Positions 30,303-38,676 of a DNA stretch of 64,000 bases are shown here, one piece after another. Every line of letters begins with the position of its first letter. The stretch's first letter is position 1. Both the position numbers and the translations under genes were made by a program. The notes beneath the pieces were generated by a model. The model searched no databases. It worked only from the letters and a program-made list of their open reading frames with translations, and was not told the DNA's origin. This stretch comes from an uncultured Candidatus Actinomarina sp. (GTDB lineage: Bacteria; Actinomycetota; Acidimicrobiia; Actinomarinales; Actinomarinaceae): the NCBI GenBank assembly GCA_902521955.1, contig CABYTP010000001.1, forward strand, positions 18,097 through 82,096, read 5' to 3'.

Positions 30303-30975
30303 AAAAAATTCTCTATTACTTCCACCACAATTTTTTGAAAATGATTTTCATAAAAAACTAAACTATATACTTCAATTTAAAATTGACGTCGTATATCTTT
30401 TTGACCATCTTAAAAATCCTATTGATGCAACAAAGCCCACTTACAAACTTATTGAAGAAGTATTTAATTTATATGAAAAAGTAAACAATAAAATAAAAAT
30501 TGGCATCTGTGTATTAAATGTTAATACAAGATATTTAGGTAAATTGTTAAAAGATATTCTTGAGCCATTACTTGAACTAAAAAGTATTAGTTTAGGTTTA
30601 GGCACTGGAGATAATAAATTCGAAAATCATGATTTTTTATATAAAAATAATATTGAAGATATTATTTGTTATATTTTAGAAAATAAGAATTTTATACATA
30701 ATGAATCTCAGCTATTTCTTGGAGGTAATTCAAAAGAAAAATTAGATTTAGTAAAAAAATATAATCTCGGTATCAACCAATGGATGGGGTCAGATTCAAA
30801 TTTTATTGAAAAACAGAATGTTTATAACCATTTATTGAATCCAGTTGGAAGTCTTTCACGATGTATCTCACATGATAATCAGCTTGAATTTGATTATGAA
30901 AAAATACATATATTAAAAGATTCTAATTTAAAGATTTTTCAAGAATCTATAGATAATATTTTTAAAAATGAATAA
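30295..30975 (+). CDS. Short luciferase-like (LLM-class) oxidoreductase-like protein, divergent
   Basis: Carries an LLM signature-like SISLGLGTGDN, but is only about 226 aa where typical LLM enzymes are 280-350 aa. Start chosen at the ATG at 30295 (MNKKNS). Confidence 0.4.
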   Translation: MNKKNSLLLPPQFFENDFHKKLNYILQFKIDVVYLFDHLKNPIDATKPTYKLIEEVFNLYEKVNNKIKIGICVLNVNTRYLGKLLKDILEPLLELKSISLGLGTGDNKFENHDFLYKNNIEDIICYILENKNFIHNESQLFLGGNSKEKLDLVKKYNLGINQWMGSDSNFIEKQNVYNHLLNPVGSLSRCISHDNQLEFDYEKIHILKDSNLKIFQESIDNIFKNE

Positions 30976-32140
30976 ATATTCCAACAAGTTAATTGAAAAT
31001 TTTCCTGATTACTTATTTAATAAAATAAATGAGCAAAAATTAATTTTACGTCAGACAGGGGAGGACATAATAGATCTTGGATATGGTAATCCAGATATTC
31101 CTTCTCATGAACTAGTTGTTCAGAAGCTTATAGAATCTGCTCAAATCAAAAAAAATCATAAATACTCTGTTTCAAAAGGTATTCATGGTTTAAGAAATGC
31201 AATTTCAAAAAAATACTTACGAGAATACGGAATTAATTTAGATCCGGGTAAAAATATAGTTAATACTATTGGTAGTAAAGAGGGCTTAACTCATTTACTG
31301 ATGTCCGTAATTAATAAGGGTGATAATGTAATTGTTCAAGATCCTAGCTATCCAATTCATCACTATGCTCCATTAATAGCAGGTGCAAATGTTATAAAAA
31401 TTGAATGTCTTTCTATAGATGGCTTTATGAATAATCTTAAAAAAAGTCTTAAAAATGAAAAGGTCAAAGTTGTTTTAATTTCATTTCCTCATAATCCAAC
31501 TACATTAACTGTAAATCAGGAATTTTATGATGAACTTGTAGAGCTTGCAAAAATATATAATTTTTTATTAATAAATGACTTTGCCTATTCAGATATATAT
31601 TTTAATGAAGTAAAACCACCTTCTTTATTAAAATCCGATCCCGAATTGGAACACTGTGTAGAACTATATTCATTAACAAAAGGTTACTCAATGGCTGGAT
31701 GGAGAGTGGGGTTTGCAATTGGTAATGAAAACGCAATTACTTCATTGACTAAGCTAAAGTCTTATATTGATTATGGTACATTTCAACCTATACAAATCGC
31801 TTCAACAGTTGCAATAAACGATTTAGATGATTATCCGAGAGAAGTATCTTCTATCTATTTTGAACGAAAATTATTAGCTACTGAGTATCTAACTGAATAT
31901 GGTTTTGAGGTACAAGAAAGTACTGCAACAATGTTTGTTTGGGCAAAGTTACCAAAAAAATACAACAATGATTCAATGAAATTCTCTATTGATTTACTTT
32001 CAAAATGTAATGTTGCAGTTTCTCCAGGTCTTGGTTTTGGGAAATTTGGCGAAGGCTATATTAGGCTTGCATTAGTAGAGAACAAGCAACGTATTAGGCA
32101 AGCAATGAAAAATTTTGTAAAGACAAGTAATAGTGATTAG
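30968..32140 (+). CDS. Class I/II PLP-dependent aminotransferase (AlaA/AspC-like)
   Basis: SFPHNPTT and the YSLTKGYSMAGWRVG lysine-containing PLP motif. Confidence 0.8.
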   Translation: MNKYSNKLIENFPDYLFNKINEQKLILRQTGEDIIDLGYGNPDIPSHELVVQKLIESAQIKKNHKYSVSKGIHGLRNAISKKYLREYGINLDPGKNIVNTIGSKEGLTHLLMSVINKGDNVIVQDPSYPIHHYAPLIAGANVIKIECLSIDGFMNNLKKSLKNEKVKVVLISFPHNPTTLTVNQEFYDELVELAKIYNFLLINDFAYSDIYFNEVKPPSLLKSDPELEHCVELYSLTKGYSMAGWRVGFAIGNENAITSLTKLKSYIDYGTFQPIQIASTVAINDLDDYPREVSSIYFERKLLATEYLTEYGFEVQESTATMFVWAKLPKKYNNDSMKFSIDLLSKCNVAVSPGLGFGKFGEGYIRLALVENKQRIRQAMKNFVKTSNSD

Positions 32141-33341
32141 GGAATTTGTATCTAACTTATTTTTTAATACTGCTCTGGGTAATGGGTTTTATTATAATTT
32201 AAACCAAGTTGGACTTATATACCTTGGTTTAATTTCTTTCATAGCATTTGTTTTATATAGACTAAATGAAAAAATTCATTTACGAATATTATATTTGTTT
32301 TGCTTTCTTTTAAGTTCTATAGCCACTTTTAATGTTTTGAGATATCTCCCATACGGTGGAGATGCAGCAATTTATTGTGAGTTAACTACAATTTCAAAAA
32401 ATTCAGGTATTTCAATTTACAATACAAGTTTTAAATATACTTTTAATTATCCACCAATATTTGAAAATATTCTTAGTTACCTATGTACATTAAATTATGA
32501 AGAAAATTATTATTTTTATTCAATAGGTTTTGGCATCTTCCTGGCAATATTATCAAAAAAACAAGGTAAAAATGTTTTCCTCTTCTCTCTTTATTTTCTT
32601 GGATCATTTTTGGGATTAAGATGGTCACTGAAAACTGGTAATTTTGTATTTCTTGAATTAATTTTTTTGACTTTGTTCGTAGTTAATTACAAAAAAAATA
32701 ATCCAATCAGCTATTTATTTCTCATATTGTTCGGCTTTCAAAGACTTTGGTATTTACTACTTGTCCCAGTATTCTTATTTTTTGATCATGATAAGTCATT
32801 AAAGAAATTTCAATTAATTTTTATTTCTTCTTTTTTCCTTATTCTTCTGAATTTTAATAATTTATTGGTGTACCTTACTAGTTTATTACCTTCTGATGAG
32901 GGTTATAGTATATTCAAAGAACCTCCTGGACACAACACCCCTTCAATTTATATCGGTTTAGTTAAAGGATTGTATTTATCTCCCTCCCTAGTAACTTTAT
33001 TTGTCTATTTATTAGTGTCTTTTATATTCCTATTCCTATTTATGAGAAATAAATCACTATCCAAAGAAGTAGTTGCTGTAGTTTTAATTTGTTCTTTAAT
33101 TTTGCTGAACCCTTACTTAAAACCTTATCACTTTATTTTCTTTACTCCATTGCTTCTTCTTATAAAAGACTCATACCTAACTAATACTAAAAGTATGCTT
33201 TTGAGTATTGCCTATCCATCTTTTTTCTGGATAGTTGCATCTAACTTATCAGTTGGCACATTAACGGGTTATTTCCAAACTGTTTTTTTCGGCTTATTTG
33301 TTTTCAACCTAGTTCAGTTAGACTTAAATAGAAATGATTGA
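32133..33341 (+). CDS. Polytopic integral membrane protein, possibly a GT-C/DUF2029-like glycosyltransferase
   Basis: 402 aa with at least 10 predicted TM segments and no diagnostic motif recognised. Translationally coupled to its neighbours. Confidence 0.35.
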   Translation: MIREFVSNLFFNTALGNGFYYNLNQVGLIYLGLISFIAFVLYRLNEKIHLRILYLFCFLLSSIATFNVLRYLPYGGDAAIYCELTTISKNSGISIYNTSFKYTFNYPPIFENILSYLCTLNYEENYYFYSIGFGIFLAILSKKQGKNVFLFSLYFLGSFLGLRWSLKTGNFVFLELIFLTLFVVNYKKNNPISYLFLILFGFQRLWYLLLVPVFLFFDHDKSLKKFQLIFISSFFLILLNFNNLLVYLTSLLPSDEGYSIFKEPPGHNTPSIYIGLVKGLYLSPSLVTLFVYLLVSFIFLFLFMRNKSLSKEVVAVVLICSLILLNPYLKPYHFIFFTPLLLLIKDSYLTNTKSMLLSIAYPSFFWIVASNLSVGTLTGYFQTVFFGLFVFNLVQLDLNRND

Positions 33342-34356
33342 TTTAAGATCTGATACTGTAACCAAACCCGATAAAGATATATTAGAAGAAGCTTTAAGTG
33401 CAGAACTAGGTGATGATGAATATGGAGAAGACCCAACTGTAAATCAACTTCAAGAAAAGTGTTCTAAACTACTTGGTTTTGAAGAAGCATTATTTGTTTC
33501 TTCAGGTCTTATGGGTAATCAGATATCTTTATTAATTCACAACACTCCAGGGAGTGAAGTCATTACAACATCTGATTCTCATATTAAAAATTACGAACAC
33601 GGTGCTGCTTCTTTCCTATCGCGTGTTCAGTTTAGAGAAGTGGAACATGTGAATGGAGTTATTGACTTAGGGGAGATTGCTACAACATTTGAAAAATCAA
33701 AAGTCCATAAACCTAACATAAAAACAATAGCTCTTGAAAACACACACCTAGCTTCTGGCGGATCTATTGTTCCTTTCAATCACATAAAAAATATTTATGA
33801 ACTTTCAAAACAACTAAATGTAAGCTTACATATTGATGGCGCAAGAGTTTGGCATGCAATATTACAAGAAGATTCTTCTCTTAATTATGGATCAATTTGT
33901 GACAGCTTAACATTTTGTTTTTCTAAAGCCCTTGGAGCACCTATAGGTTCTATGTTATTAGGTAGTCGAGAATTTATTAAAGAGGCTAGAGAATACAGAA
34001 AAATACTTGGTGGAGGTACAAGACAGGTTGGCGTTATCGCATCTATGGCTAGCAAGGCTTTAGACAAGAGAGAAAGGTTATTAGAAGACCACACAAAAGC
34101 TAAAAATGTATATAAGGCTCTTTTAGATGATAATGAAAATAATGAATTTAATTTAAAATATCAAAATACGAATATGGTTTTTCTAGAATTTGAAAATAAT
34201 GAGAATGCTAACCACTTCATAGAAAAACTCCAAAATCAACAAGTTTTATCTGGTCTGATTAATAAAAATACGGTTAGGTTGGTTTTTCATAAAGATATTT
34301 TAAGTGAAGACCTTGAAACTATTAAAGAAGCAATTTACTCTTCCTCTAAATCCTGA
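33334..34356 (+). CDS. ltaE: Low-specificity L-threonine aldolase
   Basis: N-terminal IDLRSDTVTKP and the PLP-lysine region FCFSKALGAPIGS. Confidence 0.85.
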   Translation: MIDLRSDTVTKPDKDILEEALSAELGDDEYGEDPTVNQLQEKCSKLLGFEEALFVSSGLMGNQISLLIHNTPGSEVITTSDSHIKNYEHGAASFLSRVQFREVEHVNGVIDLGEIATTFEKSKVHKPNIKTIALENTHLASGGSIVPFNHIKNIYELSKQLNVSLHIDGARVWHAILQEDSSLNYGSICDSLTFCFSKALGAPIGSMLLGSREFIKEAREYRKILGGGTRQVGVIASMASKALDKRERLLEDHTKAKNVYKALLDDNENNEFNLKYQNTNMVFLEFENNENANHFIEKLQNQQVLSGLINKNTVRLVFHKDILSEDLETIKEAIYSSSKS

Positions 34357-34574
34357 TTCCATTCTGTTATTGATTTTTCTGATAGATTAACTAATACATA
34401 AGTACCAATTAGAGACGATAAACACACTATTGATATATAAATTAAAATATCCGTCAGGCAATTAGGTTTTGAATCAGCAATACAAAATGCATTACCTAAC
34501 AAATAACCTATATATGTTGAAAAAATTAAAACGGTTATGTAAATTAAAAATCTAGTTTTGTTGCTAAATCTCAT
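34335..34574 (-). CDS. Small hypothetical 2-TM membrane protein
   Basis: 79-aa ORF with two hydrophobic helices. It overlaps the ltaE 3' end convergently. No homology recognised. Confidence 0.25.
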   Translation of the reverse strand: MRFSNKTRFLIYITVLIFSTYIGYLLGNAFCIADSKPNCLTDILIYISIVCLSSLIGTYVLVNLSEKSITEWNQDLEEE

Positions 34575-34597
34575 AATTATATTAACTTTAGCTTATT

Positions 34598-34822
34598 ATG
34601 AATTTTCCAAGTCCATGGATAACAATTTTAACTTTTGTTGCAATATTTTTTTCTGGTTTCTTTTCTTTCATATTTAGTAAAAAAACTGTAGATCTTTACT
34701 TAGATAATGTAGAAACAAAATTTTTAAAATCATTAGAGCCAATAATTGGAACTGTTGGCTTTGTTTCTTCATTTGGTTTGAGTTTAGTGATCCTCTATTA
34801 TTTTATAGTATCTGTAAGTTAA
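34598..34822 (+). CDS. Small hypothetical 2-TM membrane protein
   Basis: 74-aa ORF, divergent from the previous small ORF. No homology recognised. Confidence 0.25.
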   Translation: MNFPSPWITILTFVAIFFSGFFSFIFSKKTVDLYLDNVETKFLKSLEPIIGTVGFVSSFGLSLVILYYFIVSVS

Positions 34823-34827
34823 CATAT

Positions 34828-35376
34828 TTACACTGTCACACTTAGTATATTTTTATCTTCAATTATTTGCAGCTCACAATGGGAAGGCCTATTCTTAGAA
34901 AAATCTTTTTCATTTTGATAGAAGTATGTAAATGCTCTTATGGTGTCTTGGTGCGAGATAAAGAGCGTATCTTTATTCTTGCTAAATAATTTATATACTC
35001 TTTCATAAACTTTTTCAAGAGGTTCATTCGTTTTCATAAAATTTATTGATTTTTTATTGTAAGATTTATACTCATTAGTCAATTTAATTTCTTTAATTGT
35101 TAATCCGTGCCAGCTAGATATTCCCGGCCATTCTGTTAATTCTTCAGAGTAAGTTATATTTACATCTAAATGTTCATTAACTGTTAAAGCAGTTTGTCTT
35201 GCTCTTAAGATAGGGGACGATATTATTTTTTGGACTTTTAAATTTTTTTTAATATATTTTCCGATTTCTTTAGCTTGTATAAATCCATTATCACTTAGAA
35301 AATAACCTGGCAAACTTCCATACTGTATATTTTTAATATTTTGTACTTCTCCATGCCTTAAAAATAAATTGCTCAT
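34828..35376 (-). CDS. Histidine phosphatase family protein (phosphoglycerate mutase-like)
   Basis: LFLRHGEV RHG catalytic motif. Start chosen at the ATG at 35376 (MSNLFLRHGE), which removes the overlap with the downstream plus-strand gene. Confidence 0.7.
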   Translation of the reverse strand: MSNLFLRHGEVQNIKNIQYGSLPGYFLSDNGFIQAKEIGKYIKKNLKVQKIISSPILRARQTALTVNEHLDVNITYSEELTEWPGISSWHGLTIKEIKLTNEYKSYNKKSINFMKTNEPLEKVYERVYKLFSKNKDTLFISHQDTIRAFTYFYQNEKDFSKNRPSHCELQIIEDKNILSVTV

Positions 35377-35414
35377 AAATTTAGAGTAGTGTGAAAAATG
35401 ATTAAAATCTAAAT

Positions 35415-35762
35415 ATGGCGTTAAACAAAAAAGAACAAGAAATCTTGAATCAGATAGAGCAGGAGCTTTTGAAAGATGATCCAGATCTAGCAAATACTGT
35501 TAAAGAATCTACACTCTCGAAATATACTAGAACAAGAGCTGTCATCTCTTTTTTTGTTTTCTGTGTTGGGCTTCTGACCATGTTTAGTACATATATAGTA
35601 CAACCCACTATTGCTCTTGTCGGCTTTGCAGTTATGGCATTAGCAGCTTATATTTTTGTTTCCAATACTAAGGCTTTATTAAATGCAGAAAATATTAACG
35701 AGTGGAATTTTAAACAGGTTTATACCGTTCTAAGAAACAAAGATAGCTCTAGACAAAGTTAA
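35415..35762 (+). CDS. DUF3040-family membrane protein
   Basis: N-terminal KKEQEILNQIEQELLKDDPDL helix followed by two TM segments, as in the actinobacterial Rv2169c-type proteins near mraZ. Confidence 0.6.
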   Translation: MALNKKEQEILNQIEQELLKDDPDLANTVKESTLSKYTRTRAVISFFVFCVGLLTMFSTYIVQPTIALVGFAVMALAAYIFVSNTKALLNAENINEWNFKQVYTVLRNKDSSRQS

Positions 35763-35812
35763 AAAATTTAATTAAATTAAATATACATCAAATTTTTTTT
35801 AGGAGTAAGGTT

Positions 35813-36304
35813 TTGAAAAAGGATGCATTTACATCTAAGCAGGCATGCTATTTATCTGGCTGCACTTCACATCAATTACGTTATTGGGACAAGGTAAATC
35901 TAGTAAATCCATCTATTCAATCTTCCAAAGGTAAACCGGGAGTTCCTAAAATGTATTCATTCAGGGACATTGTAGCCTTAAGAGTTATTAAGACTCTCCT
36001 AGACAATGGAATGAGTATTCAGAGAGTCCGAAGGGCGTGGAAATATTTGTCTAAAAATGCAAACCTAACTCATCACTTGTCTGAAGTCCGTCTTGTTTCA
36101 GACGGAAGTACAATATACTCAGTTGAAGATGATGAAGTCTTTGATGCTTTAAAAAATGGTCAATTAACATTTTTTGAAACTATAGATAGTATCACTCAAG
36201 ATGTTAAAGAAGATGTATCTAAATTTGAGTTAGATAAAGAAAGATTTTTAAATTTATTGACTAAAGTAGAAGAAGATGTACTTAGTCAAGAACTTCAAGC
36301 ATAA
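35813..36304 (+). CDS. MerR-like HTH DNA-binding protein (Rv2175c-like)
   Basis: MerR HTH pattern LRYWDKVNLVNP...YSFRDIVALRVIKTLLDNGMSIQ. Confidence 0.6.
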   Translation: MKKDAFTSKQACYLSGCTSHQLRYWDKVNLVNPSIQSSKGKPGVPKMYSFRDIVALRVIKTLLDNGMSIQRVRRAWKYLSKNANLTHHLSEVRLVSDGSTIYSVEDDEVFDALKNGQLTFFETIDSITQDVKEDVSKFELDKERFLNLLTKVEEDVLSQELQA

Positions 36305-36330
36305 TTTACAATCTAAATTGATTTACCATT

Positions 36331-36843
36331 ATGGAAAAATTTCTTAGCCACCGCACATTAATTTTGAATTCAACTTTTCAGCCACTTTCTGTTGTATCAT
36401 ATCGAAGAGCAGTTTCACTTATGTTAAACAAAAAAATTCATTCGCTTGAAGACTCAAAAATAGTTTTTAAATCAGAAAAAACTAAAATAAATTTACCAAA
36501 TGTTGCCCTTTTAAATTATTTTGTTAATGCTCCATACTCTAGAAGAGTTGCTTTAAATAAAGAGAATATTTTTATTAGAGATTTTCACACTTGTCAATAT
36601 TGTGGGGGTGTAGCAGAGTCTGTTGATCACATTATTCCAAAATCAAAAGGAGGAGAACACATTTGGAGTAATGTAGTAGCTTGTTGCAAAAAATGTAATC
36701 TCATTAAAGCTGATAAAGATTTGCTAAATACAAGGCTTAAATTAATTAAAACACCAGAGCATCCTGTTGGTGCATTTTGGGTAAAAACCATAGTCGGTTC
36801 TAATCCTGATCCTTCATGGAGTAAATATCTAAAGTCAGCTTAA
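36331..36843 (+). CDS. HNH endonuclease-domain protein
   Basis: CQYCGG...DHIIPKSKGG...N...CCKKCN HNH zinc-finger motif. Confidence 0.75.
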   Translation: MEKFLSHRTLILNSTFQPLSVVSYRRAVSLMLNKKIHSLEDSKIVFKSEKTKINLPNVALLNYFVNAPYSRRVALNKENIFIRDFHTCQYCGGVAESVDHIIPKSKGGEHIWSNVVACCKKCNLIKADKDLLNTRLKLIKTPEHPVGAFWVKTIVGSNPDPSWSKYLKSA

Positions 36844-36863
36844 AAAATTTTTATCCAAAAGTG

Positions 36864-36892
36864 TTGCATTGTGGTAGATAGTGTCATATAAT
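36864..36892 (+). promoter_or_regulatory. Sigma70-like mraZ promoter: -35 TTGCAT, 17-bp spacer, -10 TATAAT
   Basis: TTGCAT at 36864-36869 and TATAAT at 36887-36892, about 37 nt upstream of the GTG start of mraZ. AAAGGCGGA Shine-Dalgarno at 36915-36923. Confidence 0.6.
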
Positions 36893-36928
36893 GTATAAAA
36901 GTGGTTCAAGGCACGAAAGGCGGATAAA

Positions 36929-37354
36929 GTGTTCCTTGGTGAGTTTCAACATACAATGGACTCTAAAGGTAGGGTAGTAATACCCTCAAAATTTAGAACA
37001 AGGCTTCAACAGGGCTGTGTGGTCACCAAGGGGCAAGATAATTGTCTTCAGATACTTACAAAAAAGACATGGGAAGAAGAAGCTTCAAAGATGGCTTCAC
37101 TTCCTTCTACAGATCGAACATCTAGACAATTAAGAAGAGCATTATTCAGTGGAGCTATTGATGTAAAAATTGATTCTGCAGGACGAGTACCAATCCCAGA
37201 AAACCTAAGAGAATATAGTGGAATTGATCTCAATGAGGAAGTAACTGTAACAGGTTCTGGACCCGTAGTTGAAGTATGGTCAACAAGAAGCTGGAAAAAA
37301 ATTCAAAAAGAAGCTGACCAATCATTTGCAAATATTAACGAGGTGAAAGAATAG
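36929..37354 (+). CDS. mraZ: Transcriptional regulator MraZ
   Basis: MFLGEFQHTMDSKGRVVIP (GTG start), with a duplicated DxxGR motif in the second half (DSAGRVPIP). Confidence 0.9.
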   Translation: MFLGEFQHTMDSKGRVVIPSKFRTRLQQGCVVTKGQDNCLQILTKKTWEEEASKMASLPSTDRTSRQLRRALFSGAIDVKIDSAGRVPIPENLREYSGIDLNEEVTVTGSGPVVEVWSTRSWKKIQKEADQSFANINEVKE

Positions 37355-37362
37355 GTTCATAG

Positions 37363-37439
37363 CCAGCTCTCTAGACAACTAAATTGGAACACCCTTACTC
37401 CGCCCAACTTTCCAATTGGTGCCAGTTCTAGAGAGCTGG
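37363..37439 (+). promoter_or_regulatory. Extended stem-loop in the mraZ-rsmH spacer (13-bp stem, internal loop, 8-bp stem, 20-nt loop)
   Basis: CCAGCTCTCTAGA (37363-75) pairs with TCTAGAGAGCTGG (37427-39). AATTGGAA (37382-89) pairs with TTCCAATT (37410-17). The structure ends 2 nt before the rsmH ATG. Confidence 0.55.
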
Positions 37440-37441
37440 GT

Positions 37442-38356
37442 ATGAATGAAAACAGGGCTGGGTATTTAGAACACGAAGGGGTGATGTTAACTGAAGTAAA
37501 TTCAGTAATTTCAAGTACACCCCCAGGTATTTTTGTAGATGCAACTTATGGATATGGTTCTCATTATAGAAATATCAAAGATAATTTTTCTGAATTAGAT
37601 CTTTTAGCTTTTGACAGAGATATTGATGTTTTAAATAATTCTAATTCTGAAATTGTTCATTTAAATTTTTCTCAAATTTCTGAATATCTTATAAACAATA
37701 ATATTGATAGGATTTCAGGGATTTTATATGATTTCGGCGTTTCTTCTCATCAATTAGATAATTATACAAGAGGTTTTTCATATTCTAATGATGGCCCTTT
37801 AGATATGAGAATGAACCAGAATGATGAAATTAACGCTTTTGAAGTCGTAAATAAATTTAATGAAATTGAAATTGCAAATATTTTATTTCAAAATTCTGGA
37901 GAAAAAAATTCACGGCGGATTGCAAGAGATATCGTAAGTTCTCGGCCTATTGAATCCACACAGGAACTAGTGAATGTTATTAAAAATTCTATAGGTAAAC
38001 AAAATCCAAAGTATATTTCTCAAACTATTAAACGTTGTTTTCAATCATTTCGAATTTATGTAAATGATGAGTTGAATGAAATACAAAAGTCTTTAAACAG
38101 TATTAAAAACTTTGTTGAGACAAACGGTGTAATTATCTGTTTAACTTATCACTCACTTGAAGATAAAATCGTTAAAAAAATTTTTACTGAATTAACCACC
38201 TCTTGTTATTGCGACGTTTCGATCCCGGTATGCACTTGTAAAAATGAACAACTATATGCATATGGTAAAAAAAAGAAAATTTATCCTTCAGGTAAAGAAA
38301 TATCAAAAAACCCAAGGTCATCATCGGCAACTCTTAGATATGTGGTTAAGTTATGA
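37442..38356 (+). CDS. rsmH: 16S rRNA (cytosine1402-N4)-methyltransferase RsmH (MraW)
   Basis: SAM-MTase motifs DATYGYGSH and GILYDFGVSS. Position after mraZ supports the call. Confidence 0.85.
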   Translation: MNENRAGYLEHEGVMLTEVNSVISSTPPGIFVDATYGYGSHYRNIKDNFSELDLLAFDRDIDVLNNSNSEIVHLNFSQISEYLINNNIDRISGILYDFGVSSHQLDNYTRGFSYSNDGPLDMRMNQNDEINAFEVVNKFNEIEIANILFQNSGEKNSRRIARDIVSSRPIESTQELVNVIKNSIGKQNPKYISQTIKRCFQSFRIYVNDELNEIQKSLNSIKNFVETNGVIICLTYHSLEDKIVKKIFTELTTSCYCDVSIPVCTCKNEQLYAYGKKKKIYPSGKEISKNPRSSSATLRYVVKL

Positions 38357-38676
38357 AGTTTAGGAATTTATTATTTTCATTTATTACAATTTTCATAATT
38401 TCCATGGTCTCAAATTTATACTTTAACTTAAAAATTAATACCCTTTCAGAGGAACTTTCTTCTTTAAAAACTGAATTAGTTGAATTAGAAATTGATAAAT
38501 CAAATACTCACCTTATGTACATTGAAAGTTTTTCAACAAGCAATATGGAAATACTTTCCAAAAGTATGAGCTATAGAAGATTAGACATTCACAATAAGAA
38601 TATAGATTTGGTCAAACCATATAAGTTAGAGGATGAGGATAAACCAATTGTAGTTTTAGGTTTTGGTGGAGGATGA
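38353..38676 (+). CDS. ftsL: FtsL-like cell division protein (small bitopic membrane protein with a coiled coil)
   Basis: 107 aa with an N-terminal TM segment and a leucine-rich coiled coil. Positioned between rsmH and ftsI, with ATGA overlaps on both sides. Confidence 0.5.
   Translation: MKFRNLLFSFITIFIISMVSNLYFNLKINTLSEELSSLKTELVELEIDKSNTHLMYIESFSTSNMEILSKSMSYRRLDIHNKNIDLVKPYKLEDEDKPIVVLGFGGG

Noticed and set aside
36331-36843. The HNH endonuclease as a mobile or homing element
   Set aside because: There are no flanking direct or inverted repeats, no intein or intron context, no integrase or transposase, and its composition matches the neighbouring genes.
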